Origin: Tubulanus polymorphus
Taxonomy: Eukaryota; Animalia; Nemertea
Assembly: GCF_964204645.1 (NCBI RefSeq)
Contig: NC_134028.1
Coordinates: 13,459,553 to 13,523,552 of the forward strand
Direction of reading: 5' to 3'
DNA length: 64,000 bases
In this document: piece after piece, positions 23,969 to 34,114 of the stretch
Layout of the letters: every line of letters starts with the position of its first letter
How positions within the stretch are numbered: position 1 is the first letter of the stretch
Position numbers and translations under genes: made by a program
The notes under the pieces: model-generated
What the model was told of the DNA's origin: nothing
What the model saw: only the letters and a program-made list of their open reading frames with translations
Database searches by the model: none

Positions 23969-24325
23969 TTATTTATCAAAAAAATTACTATCATCAAAAT
24001 ATTTAGTTATCTTATTTATGATTAATTCAACATTTATTTCATTACTAGTTTCATTTGTATATATTTCAATTATTATTTTTTTAATATCATCGATGATAAA
24101 ATCTTCATCTAATTCATAAAATCTTAAAGATTCTCTAATTAAATTAGTAATCTTTTCTACATTTAAAGTTTCTTTATCTATTGTTGTTTCATACTCAAAT
24201 GTTGTTTCATTAGAAAATGTAATATTTTTGATATGTGTAATTACATCAGTAATGTTAAATTTCATTTCTTTCTCATGTTTAAAATCAAACCCAAAACATA
24301 TACTCGGCCCAACAGTTATATTCAT
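23969..24325 (-). CDS. Hypothetical acidic protein
   Basis: 118-aa ORF with TAAATG start; its stop codon forms the TAA of the next gene's TAAATG. Confidence 0.55.
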   Translation of the reverse strand: MNITVGPSICFGFDFKHEKEMKFNITDVITHIKNITFSNETTFEYETTIDKETLNVEKITNLIRESLRFYELDEDFIIDDIKKIIIEIYTNETSNEINVELIINKITKYFDDSNFFDK

Positions 24326-24340
24326 TTATATAGTGAAAAA

Positions 24341-25095
24341 TTACTCTTTACATCTTATAACTAATTCATATATCACAGGAAAGTTATTCAAATCAATTAA
24401 ATAACCATTATGATTTCTTATTTCTAATTTAAAATTATTGAAATGTGGAATACAAGGTTTGAAATCACATTCTGTTAAATTATAATTTATTTGAGTTCCA
24501 AATTGTTTAACATTTTTTAACGGTAAAATATTTAGTATACTAGAACTACAAATTGTTTCTTTAGTTGCTTCGAAAGTTTTTGTAGGCTCGATTAAATTGC
24601 AATAAATATAAAAGTGTGTAAAAGGTAATATATTTGGCGTAGTATCAACATTTGAATAAATTCATTTGGATTAACTCCTAGCATTTTAGCTAATGGTTTT
24701 CTTACTATGAATTTATATTGTTCATTAGTTAACTTTATTCTTATTTTATTAGTACTATTGATTTTATTAAATTTAATGTTAAACCCAACAGATTCACCCA
24801 CTTTTAACCGAGCTCTTCTATTAATTTCTTGTGCTAATGTATCTAAATTGTATAATCCTGGTCTTAGAAATAGATGATATTATTTATCCATATTTCTATC
24901 ATGAATCATAAACAATCTATGATCAAAACTTTTATCCGATATATTATAAAAAGAATTACATAAACTTATATTAACTAATTTTAAATCTACACAATTCTTA
25001 AATTCTCTATCTAATTGTACAAGTAAATTATGAGATTTATAACTAGTAAGTTTTCTTGAATCAACAAATATTCTGTATTCCTTTAATTCCGCCAT
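24341..25095 (-). pseudogene. Minor capsid protein (penton), disrupted
   Basis: IFVDSR..., NSFYNIS, PGLYNLDTL, and C-terminal LEIRNHNGYLIDLNNFPVIYEL typical of single-jelly-roll pentons. Confidence 0.72.
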
Positions 25096-25112
25096 TTATT
25101 TTACATATTTTC

Positions 25113-25466
25113 TTATTCGAAATCTATTTCATGGTGCCCCTTTTCATTCTTACCTTTGTATACGAAATAGAAATCTCCAGAACATAATTCTTCTAAGTCT
25201 TCACTTGATAATCTATGAAATCTATCCGGTAAATATGTTCTGAATTTATACGTATTTCCTTTTAATCCTTCATATTCTAAGTGTATAACTAATCTATCTC
25301 CATATTTGTTAGTAACTCTATCAATATTTGTAATTAGACATTTCTTATAGATTATTAATTCTTTTAACTTCTTAAATTTATAATCTACTGATTTGACATT
25401 TGAAATATCTTTTATTCTATCTAGAAATGATTTGTTGTTCTCACTGTGCGCTTGTTTACTCTCCAT
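25113..25466 (-). CDS. Small protein downstream of pPolB, possibly an OB-fold ssDNA-binding protein
   Basis: TNKYGDRLVIHL...YLPDRF...FVYKGK; second copy at 27577-27780. The fold is inferred only. Confidence 0.45.
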   Translation of the reverse strand: MESKQAHSENNKSFLDRIKDISNVKSVDYKFKKLKELIIYKKCLITNIDRVTNKYGDRLVIHLEYEGLKGNTYKFRTYLPDRFHRLSSEDLEELCSGDFYFVYKGKNEKGHHEIDFE

Positions 25467-25495
25467 TTTAATAACATATTTTTATTAAAATTTGA

Positions 25496-25790
25496 TTAAC
25501 ACGTTAGAATTCTTTTCATTATCTCGTTCTCTTTTGTTTCTTCTCTTTTAAATTTTAAGTATTCATCTAAATTACAACCATAAGCAACTGTATGAATTCC
25601 ATCATCTAAAATATATCTTTTATCATCCAATGGGTTTAGACTTATCTTTTCAATTTCTTCAATAAATATTTCATGATCTTCAGATCTTAAACATCTCATC
25701 TTATGTTTTCTAACTTCTTCATTGAATATACAATTGATGTAATCTTTGAAATGAATATTCTTTTCTACTACACTTTTGGTTATTCCTTTG
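25496..25790 (-). pseudogene. polB: pPolB C-terminal remnant abutting the right TIR
   Basis: KGITKSVV...LRSEDHE...LNPLDDKRYILDDGI matches the copy A C-terminus; the upstream part is deleted. Confidence 0.85.
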
Positions 25791-25801
25791 ATGAAATCTT
25801 C

Positions 25802-26135
25802 AAAACTATAATATATTTTCATAACCGTGTGTATTTCAGTTGAATAATAGAATAATTATTATTATTTGAATATATTTGATTATATGAATTTGTGTATTGT
25901 AAATAAATCAATTGGTCGCGGAGCGGAGCGGTAGCGAAGTGGAGCGACCAATTGATTTAATACAATATGCTTTTAAAATTTAAATTATTAATATCTTAGA
26001 ATAAATATTTAGTTATAATATGAAATACACACGGTTATGAAAATATATTATAGTTTTAAATTACTCTTAATGTTTTGTTTTTTAATGAGCTCGACCGTTC
26101 GACCTTTGGCCTGAAAGCCCATTACCCCTATTACT
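25802..26135. repeat. Right TIR of copy B (fold-back)
   Basis: Reverse complement of 12471-~12741 with about 65 extra AT-rich bp; central CAATTGGTCGC...GCGACCAATTG hairpin. Confidence 0.85.
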
Positions 26136-26141
26136 AATATT

Positions 26142-27370
26142 GAATCTGATCTTTGTACCATTACAGTACAATGTTACGTAGCACTGTTCATTTGCTACCT
26201 CGGTGCTATTCACTGAACCGACAAAGAGTTCATCTTCCGATGCATTACTATTTTCCTCAGTCTCAACTCTCTGTACTTCCCTTCTGCGACATACTTTACG
26301 AAAATGTCCTATCCCCTTGCATTTAAGACATTCTTTGCCATATGCTGGACACTGGCGTTTCCCGTGACGTGTCCCGCATTTTCCGCAGTTGAAAATGTCA
26401 GATCTCGTTTGCTGCTTCGCCGACGCCAGCTTATGCGTACCTGAACGCCGCTCTCGTGTCTTCGGTTTTTCCCTTGTTGACTGCTTGAACCTCTGACAAT
26501 GTTCCGCCTGCCTCGAAAGAAATATCTTTTACTTGTTTCAATGGCAGTTCATTTGCTCGGCATATTGTGACTGCCTTTCCGAGAGTTAGATCTACTTCTC
26601 GCAACAGTCTCTCTTTTACTCTTTCGTTATCATATCCGCATACTATTCTGTCGCGCACAAGTTCATAGTAAAATGCACCAAAATCACAGTTCTTGGCTAT
26701 CAAAAGTAGCTCGGTGACATACTGATCAATCATCCTCCCCCGGCAGGGATTCGAACCTGATGGCATCGAGATTGCCACGGCACGAAACCCTGCCATAATC
26801 GACCGTGTGCGCAGATACATGCGCGGTTCAAATCCCGGGTATTCCCATTTATAGGTCTTCCTGGAAATTTGCCTCAACGATTATACAACGAGCAATCTGA
26901 TTGGTGCTGCCAGTTTTCGTTCGGAAAGCTGCGCATGTACCTGCGCGCCCGGTCTACTGATGCAGGGGTTCGTGCCGTGGCTGAGTGTAACGATGCCATC
27001 AGGTTCGAGTCCCTGCAGAAGAAGGATGACTTTCGTCTGATTTCTTCTTGCGAGTGTTGAATTTATACTTCTCCACTGTAACGTTTTTACGTGGTTCGCA
27101 ATAGTCATCGAAAGCTTTCAGCACTGCGACTATTCTGTTGCTATCCGCTACCGACAATTGCAACGTATTGTATATGTCCCTACCTTCTTGACCTATGATA
27201 TACAGGAATGCTGAACATTTCTCTGCATCTGTCTTGTCTTTCATCACTAGGTCTAGGTATAGTCTCATGGACTGCTTCCACTTTTTCCATCTCTCCGAGA
27301 GGTTTTCATCGGAGAAATTTAGTTCACACGGCGGTTTTAAATGTTCCTTTCTACTGACTTTTATAGTCTT
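26142..27370 (-). pseudogene. gag: Gypsy gag and protease N-half
   Basis: LSERWKKWKQ..., IGQEGRDIYNT, VRDRIVCG, LTLGKAVTICR, two CCHC knuckles CGKCGTRH...C and CLKCKGIGHF..VC. Confidence 0.88.
26730..27029. mobile_element. About 300-bp fold-back insertion with tRNA B-box-like motifs inside gag
   Basis: Arms CATCCTC...GGGATTCGAACCTGATGGCATCG and CGATGCCATCAGGTTCGAGTCCC...GGATGA; removing it rejoins KKSDES/IDQYVTEL. Confidence 0.7.
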
Positions 27371-27423
27371 CCAAACATCTATTTACCCCGTACCGGCCTT
27401 GTCTGGTATTTACAGGTTCGGTA

Positions 27424-27434
27424 CGCTGCCACCA
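27424..27434 (-). promoter_or_regulatory. Primer-binding site (tRNA-Leu-like)
   Basis: TGGTGGCAGCG immediately 3' of the LTR on the - strand, complementary to a tRNA 3' end ...CGCUGCCACCA. Confidence 0.75.
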
Positions 27435-27576
27435 TGTAACATAACGAACAAGTAACACACCATTAACTTGATTCTAGTTTTTTATTTCACTTCTTACTAC
27501 AGTCTACGTGGCAGCCATTATCTTACACCACTAGATGGCAGCACTAGCTGGTTATATTCGATCATCTACTGTTACA
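27435..27576 (-). repeat. Gypsy 5' LTR (142 bp)
   Basis: TGTAACA...TGTTACA 7-bp inverted ends, AATAAA on the - strand, adjacent PBS; its outer edge falls inside a viral gene. Confidence 0.85.
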
Positions 27577-30500
27577 GTTACTAACAAATATGGAGATAAA
27601 TTAGTTATCCACTTACAATATGAAGGATTAAAAGGAAATAAATGTAAATTCAGAACATATTTACCAGATAGATTTCATAGATTATCAAGTGAAGATTTAG
27701 AAGAATTATGTTCTGGTGATTTCTATTTCATATATGAGGGTAAGAATGAAAAAGGGCACCATGAAATAGATTTCGAATAAAATATGTAAAATCAATTTTA
27801 ATAAAAAAATGGATATTAAAATGGAAGCAAATAAGTACTACTGTTCAACATGTAAAATTGATATAGATAAATCTCAAAAAGCAAGACATAATAAAACTAA
27901 AACACATTTAGAGAATAAATTGAAATTAGAATATAAAGATGATATATTAGAAACTAAATTAGATGGAACATACAAATGTGACACATGTAATCAATCATTC
28001 AGTGAAAAATGATATTATGAATAACATTTAAAATCTAAAAGTCATATTAGAAATATGAATAATGATATTTTAGGTGAACATTATTTTGATAATAATAATA
28101 ATAAACCGAAGACAATTAAAAGAATAAAAGATACTCTAAATAATGAGAAATCATATATGGAAAATGTTAGAAATTATATTAATTCATTAGATAATAAAAA
28201 GGAAATAGAAATAACCGAAGCATTCAAAAGTGATATTGGTCCAGCAGTTATCGAGTTTAAATTTCATAAAGGAAAAACATTAGAAGAAAATAAAAAACAT
28301 TTAGAAAATATGAAAAATATTATAAAAATAATAAAAGATGTTGAAAACCTTAAAATTAGTATATCTTCTAAAGTTAAATTTATAAAATCTGAAGATAAAC
28401 CAATATATAATATAAATTCTCATTCACAAAATATTATTTCAAAACAACATATAGATGATAAATTAGATAAATGTTATAATGAAGTAAAAACTAAAATAGA
28501 AGAGAAAGATTTTGAAGGATCTGGTTTAATATTTGATGAAATAATATTAATGACTTTACATGTTTATACCACAAAATATAATAAGTTAACTAAATCAAAA
28601 CCAATTGATGAAAATAATTTATCATATTATGAAGATGATAGTATAAATGGATCAAGTTATATCAAACTACCATTTAAAACAAATGCTGTTATAAATGTAC
28701 AAAATTTTGATGATAAATGTTTTCTATGGACAATTATAAGTTGCTTACATCCAACAAAAGATATTACACATACTTTTAGATTAACCAATTATAAACCATT
28801 TGACAATAATTATAAGATAGATAATTACCTTTATACCTATCAAAATATTATGATTCAAATGATGTAATAGATATATCATATTATGAGAATCATTATATGT
28901 GGATTAAACAAATCGATTTATTTTTTAGAAGAGAAAATAACCACAATAAAATATATCTACGTAGAAAATGTTTACATATATTCAGTAATGAAAGTACATT
29001 ATTAAATAATAAACAATTATGTGAAAATCATGATTATTGTAAAATAGTTTTACCAAATGAAAAGGATAAAATATTAGAATTCAAAAAATATGATTACAAG
29101 AATAAAGTACCATTTGTTATATATAGAGATTTTGAATCATTAAATAAAGAATTAACTAATCAAGATGGAACAGAAATTTATCATAAAAGAAAGAAATTAA
29201 ATTCTAATAAAAATGATATAATTGATTATTCAAAATCCTCTAATAACAAATACTATTAAAAAGATTCATCAATCAGCTGCAGCTTTTGGATTATATATTA
29301 AATCTGATTATCCAGAACTAATCAAAAGTGAGTATAATTATTACAGAAATGAAAATGTTATCAATCATTTTTGTGACTTATTAATTGAGTATGAAATAAA
29401 ATTTAGTAAACTATTAGATACAAATATAGAAATTATAATGAGAGAAGAAGATAAAGAAGCATTTGAGTTTGCAGATAAATGTTATTATTGTGAAAAGATA
29501 TTTAATCTAAAAGACAAAAAAGTAAGAGACCATGATCATTTGAATGGAAAGTTTAGAGGTGCAGCGCATGAGAATTGTAACTTACAAGCTAAGAAAATTA
29601 ACTTTGTTCCAGTAATATTTAATAATTTATCAGGATATGACGCACATTTATTTATCAAACAGCTATGTCATAAAATAGAAAGATTAAATTCAAATAGATT
29701 AAAAAATAAAATACCAACTTATAAATTTAAAATGTTAGCTAAAACATCTGAGAATTATATATCATTCCAATTTGGGTGTCTAAGATTTATAGATTCATAT
29801 AGATTTTTAGGTAGTTCATTAGATAACTTATCAAAATCATTAGTTGATGATGAATTAAGAATATTAAAACAACACTATCCAAATAATGATGATTTTCAAT
29901 TAATGAGATATAAAGGCGCAATACCATATTCATTTTATAAATCACATAATGATTTCAACATTACTGAATTATTAAAAGAACAATTCTATGATGAATTAAA
30001 AAATGAATATGTTAAAGATGAAGTATATAATAGAACATTGAATATTTGGAATCATTTTGGAATGAAAAATCATGGACAATTAGTAGATTTATATTTAAAA
30101 TCAGATGTATTATTATTATCGGATATATTCGAAAGGTTTAGAGATGTAAATTGTAGCATGATAGCAACAGAATAGTCGCAGTGCTAATTGTAAGATGTTA
30201 TTCATCACCAGGATTAACTTGGGATTGTGGTTTAAAATTTACAGATATAAAAATGGATTTGTTTACAAATATAGATCAAGTATTATTATTTGAAAAATCT
30301 ATAAGAGGAGGAGTTTCAGGTGTATTAGGTGATATATATTTCAATGTAAATGATAATCCTGGATATAAGTTATTATATATAGATGCAAATAATCTATATG
30401 GTTGGGCAATGATGGAACCACAACCTTATGGATTATTTGAAATAAGTGAAGTTTTACAACATGAAAATAATGATAAATTCGATTGGAAGAAAAGAATCCT

Positions 30501-31234
30501 AGATATTGCAGATGATTCAGATACTGGTTACTCCTTTGTTGTAGACTTGGAATATCCTGAACATATCAAATTTAAATCTAGAAATCTAGCATACTGTCCA
30601 GAACATAAAACTGTGACACATAATGAATTATCAAATTATCAAAAAAGAATTAAACCCGAAAATCATATTCATACAGAAAAGTTAATGCTAACTCAGGAAG
30701 ATAAATATAATTATGTAGTACATTATAGAATGTTAAAGTTTTATCTAAAACAAGGAATGATCCTTAAAAAAAGTACATAGATATATTTCATTTAGTCAAT
30801 CTAAATGGTTAGAAAAATATATAGATTTCAACACCAAATAGAGAACTAAAGCTAAAACTGATTTCGAAAAAGATTTCTTCAAGTTAATGAATAATGCATT
30901 CTATGGAAAAACTTGTGAAAATATAAGAAATAGAAATGATATTGAGTTAGTCAGTAATGGTAAAAGAATTATACATTTACAAACATATCCTAAATTTATG
31001 GGTAACAGAATATCTGATGAAAATTTAGCTGCAGTTAAAAGGAGGAGAACTTCTATGAAATTTAATAAACCAATTTATGTTGGAGCTACAGTTTTAGAAT
31101 TATCAAAGTTATTAATGTATGAATTCTATTATAACATATTACAACCTCATTTTGGAGAAAAACATATAGAAATCTTATATTTTGATACTGACAGTTACAT
31201 ATTAAAGATAATAAAGTGATTACACCCTATTACA
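27577..31234 (+). mobile_element. Polinton-like copy C fragment
   Basis: 3' part of the 117-aa gene (27577-27780) followed by pPolB; ends in TIR-like ATTACACCCTATTAC at about 31220-31234. Confidence 0.8.
27809..31219 (+). pseudogene. polB: pPolB, intein-free allele, 3' truncated
   Basis: N-terminal zinc fingers; GSSYIKLP..INVQNFDDKCFLW; DHDHLNGKFRGAAHENCN; YIDANNLYGWAM; MNNAFYGK; YFDTDSY. Confidence 0.9.
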
Positions 31235-32699
31235 ATGATTAGAGAACACAAAAGGCAACGCAGAAGAGTAATTATTAGGCCAGCCGTAGGCTGAGCCTAT
31301 TACTATACAAATGGAGCGAATTTAAATGACATGGTTTCCACACAAAAGGCTCTTTTGCTTGCCAAGTGAGGGCATATTCGAACAAATCACGTATTTAAGC
31401 GTAATCCATTCTCGGAATCGTAGCGAGCAGAATTTTGAAATAGGGTCTCATAAAAATGTTTTCTGCATTTTTCACGAAAGTTAAATCGGGAAAATTTCAA
31501 TTTTTATCAGCCAATCAGGAAGTTGTGTCTTCCCTGTGATTGGTTTATCTGAAAATATCAGCAGCTGTTCACGTGAATAATCGCGATTTCATTACTGGCG
31601 CTTTTGCGCATGACGTCATGTATCAACACGCGACAATACTTCCGCGTTCGCTACGTGTTCGCTGATTGGCCCATTTACTGGGAAATTCCACAGAAGCCTA
31701 ATGTGGTTTGTTACAAGCGCTGTGATTGGCCCGACCCGATTCTGGCATGGCTTTAGCTTAGTGGGTTCGAATCCCTTGACGGGTGAAGATGATGGATCCT
31801 ATCAATATCTATTGAAACAAATAAGTTTCCCGGTTGGGCAGCCGCGGATATCTACCGGAAGTGTTCCGGTTCGATATTTCGAGGTTTCTTTGAATTTTGG
31901 AGTGATATTGAAGTCCGGTAAATACCAGCGGTAGATTGTGAAAACCCATTGCATGATATTTGTATTACTTAATCAACGAAAAGCGTCGGGGCCGCGCCAG
32001 GAGTTTTCGTGATTCAAGTAGCGCAATAGCCTACTTCTTCGTGTTCGTCCACCTCAATTTTCACTCCGCCGATCTCTGACACGGCTCTGTCCCCGTCGGC
32101 GCTGTGATTGCACTTTCGTACCACCAAAATTTTTTATTTCTATATCAGGGAGGTTTGGAGAATAAAAAAGTCAAAATTTGGATATCACATAGACCTGATT
32201 TCATCGAATAAGTCGACCATGGTCGTTATGTTTCCGTACTTATTACCACCTAAAACCGTCTGAACAATTTTGTCACAACCAACATTTCGTTTACAGAAAT
32301 CAGGTGTTCACGTGAATCCGCGGTATCGTCTACTGTTTTACTTCCGGGTTTTATTTTAAGATTTAAAATTGTATTTCAAGAACGATTTCAATGAAGCCTT
32401 TAGTTGATTTGGTGTTTGGGAGGAATTTTTATTTGCTCTACAGAAAATTCATCCTTGACAATTGCGCAAGGTTCGCGAAAAAAAGGTTTTACCAAATCGG
32501 GTGTATGACCTTGATATGCTAATTAGCCATGTGCCCGAATTGCAAATTCAATCAAATTTTATTCTGCCAAAAAATGTTAAATACAATTCGCTTTCCGAGA
32601 GTTAATGGTATGCTGCATGGAACAAAGTTGTTTTGAGATGGGTCTTGAAGCTATTGAGGTCGAGAGATAACCATCTAGATAGTTCGTGAGAGTTCCAAA

Positions 32700-33511
32700 G
32701 TTTTGAAGACGCTTCAAGGTAATGTCTTGATATTTGTTTTATACGTGTATCTACCCTAGACACATCTTCAGGCCAAAAACTGGCCCTGTCAGATTCAAGA
32801 TGGCCGACTGGCAGCCATTGTTGTTCGCCAAAATCAGCACTTTTCACACATTTTTGAAGTTTTCGAGGGAAATTTTGAAGACACTTTTATCAATAACCTT
32901 GATCATTCGTATATATTTGTATCCCCCGAGGGCCCATCGGCATGAGAAAAATTAAGTCGATCGGACTCAAGATGGCCGTACTGTGACCTTTTTTGTTCCC
33001 AAAAATGTCAATTTTGGCCTGAATTCTGAGTACTGTAGCTTTCTAATGGTGCGCCATGTTTCATTGCAATTTGTAATGGGTATTCTTTGGAAAGGGATCT
33101 TTTATATCCGAGAGGGTATTTTTGACCAGGCAATTATGACGCACTTGGCAGCCATCTTGGGGTCATCAGTACTCATTCGTAGGTGGAAAAAAAGTTTTTC
33201 CACATCATAATTGATACTTAAGCATATTTTGCTACTATAATCAATTGGAAAGTTGTAGCTCATGAACATGTTCTATGATCGAGGTGAGTTTCAAGCTCAT
33301 TGGTTTTTTTATGGCCACCAGGGGGCGTTGAACAATACAATAACTTAATATTTCTATATTACATTCGTTCCTGCTGTCTGTGTTAACACACGATTTTACT
33401 ATGTAAATGATATTGAGCAGGGAGTGTATATTGATAAATATAACCCACAGATTACATCATTTATAAAAAGCAAATCTGACAGGCTGGCCATTGTGCCCCT
33501 TGGGGCTCTTG
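32700..33511 (-). mobile_element. Non-autonomous interspersed repeat (Helentron/HINE-like)
   Basis: 32895-33355 is an inverted copy of 35095-35560; it begins ACAAGAG on the - strand. The class is tentative. Confidence 0.5.
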
Positions 33512-33796
33512 TAGTACATTAATATTGAGACAAGAGGGGGCGCTTATAGTGGAATTTGAAAGATTGAACAGAGGATTTATTCCTTATATCAAGTGGAATA
33601 TTGTTCCGAGTTTTTGGACCTAGGATACTAATAGAGAACGATCGCTTAGTAGTACGAGAAAATGGAACACTCAAATCGTTACGGTTCCTTAATACTCTAG
33701 CTTGGTTTGAGAACCTGAAGTTACAAATATAATTAAAAATATAGCTGCAAAGCAGCGATAACGGGTTTTCTGCACAGTCTTAGAATCCTGTTCAAC

Positions 33797-34030
33797 GGTG
33801 GATTTCAACAAAGCATTTGATAAGGCTCAACATCGGCATTACTAAAGAGGCTATTAGGAAACAGTATCAATGATAGGTCGTTTAAATGGCTCAGCAGTTA
33901 TCTCTGAACGGAAACTTGTAACCGAAATCAACGGAACGCCTCATCTTGGAATGAGACGGTCTAACTAGTGGAGTCACGCAAGGTAGTATCCTAAGTCGTC
34001 TTCTGTTTAATGTCCTGACAAATGACATAC
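33797..34030 (+). pseudogene. Short LINE RT fragment
   Basis: VDFNKAFDK...SGVTQGSILSRLLFNVLTND. Confidence 0.7.
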
Positions 34031-34114
34031 ACAGTAATCCAAAATAAACCAGACCGAGTAAATTTCCAAAACAACCTTAACACACTGTTCGACCAAAAAC
34101 TTAATGTTCCGACA

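Larger units (their letters stand above)
12471..26135 (-). mobile_element. Polinton/Maverick-like element copy B, TIR to TIR (13.7 kb), pPolB mostly deleted
   Basis: Starts AGTAATAGGGGTAATGGGCTTTCAGG and ends with its reverse complement at 26135. Flanked by AATATA (12465-12470) and AATATT (26136-26141), a 6-bp TSD with one mismatch. Removing it restores Gypsy protease KIRFNIDTGSQ. Confidence 0.92.
9568..27576 (-). mobile_element. Ty3/Gypsy LTR retrotransposon split by Polinton copy B; 3' end cut by copy A
   Basis: 5' LTR 27435-27576, PBS, gag 26142-27370, protease-RT-RNaseH-integrase 9615-12464; higher GC than the flanking viral DNA. Confidence 0.9.

Noticed and set aside
215-24340. Poxvirus early terminators (TTTTTNT) after each gene
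   Set aside because: Present at only some junctions and expected by chance in AT-rich DNA; better explained as the T-run of the next late promoter.
25915-25950. AAV Rep-binding element (GAGC repeats) in the TIR
   Set aside because: The period is 5 nt (GGAGC) rather than 4, and no HUH Rep gene is present; a superficial resemblance only.
27535-27780. Independent 81-aa gene
   Set aside because: A chimeric ORF: the first 14 codons come from the LTR and the rest is the interrupted viral gene.
30150-30196. Second intein or intron in copy C pPolB
   Set aside because: Only about 45 nt of foreign sequence containing a stop replaces a few codons; it looks like a repair filler or transposon footprint.
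1-31234. Free virus or bacterial/phage contig
   Set aside because: Genes carry many stops and frameshifts and are interleaved with Gypsy, LINE, MITE and satellite DNA with TSDs, consistent with decayed endogenous copies.
31740-31800. tRNA gene
   Set aside because: Only a B-box is present; no convincing cloverleaf or acceptor stem.
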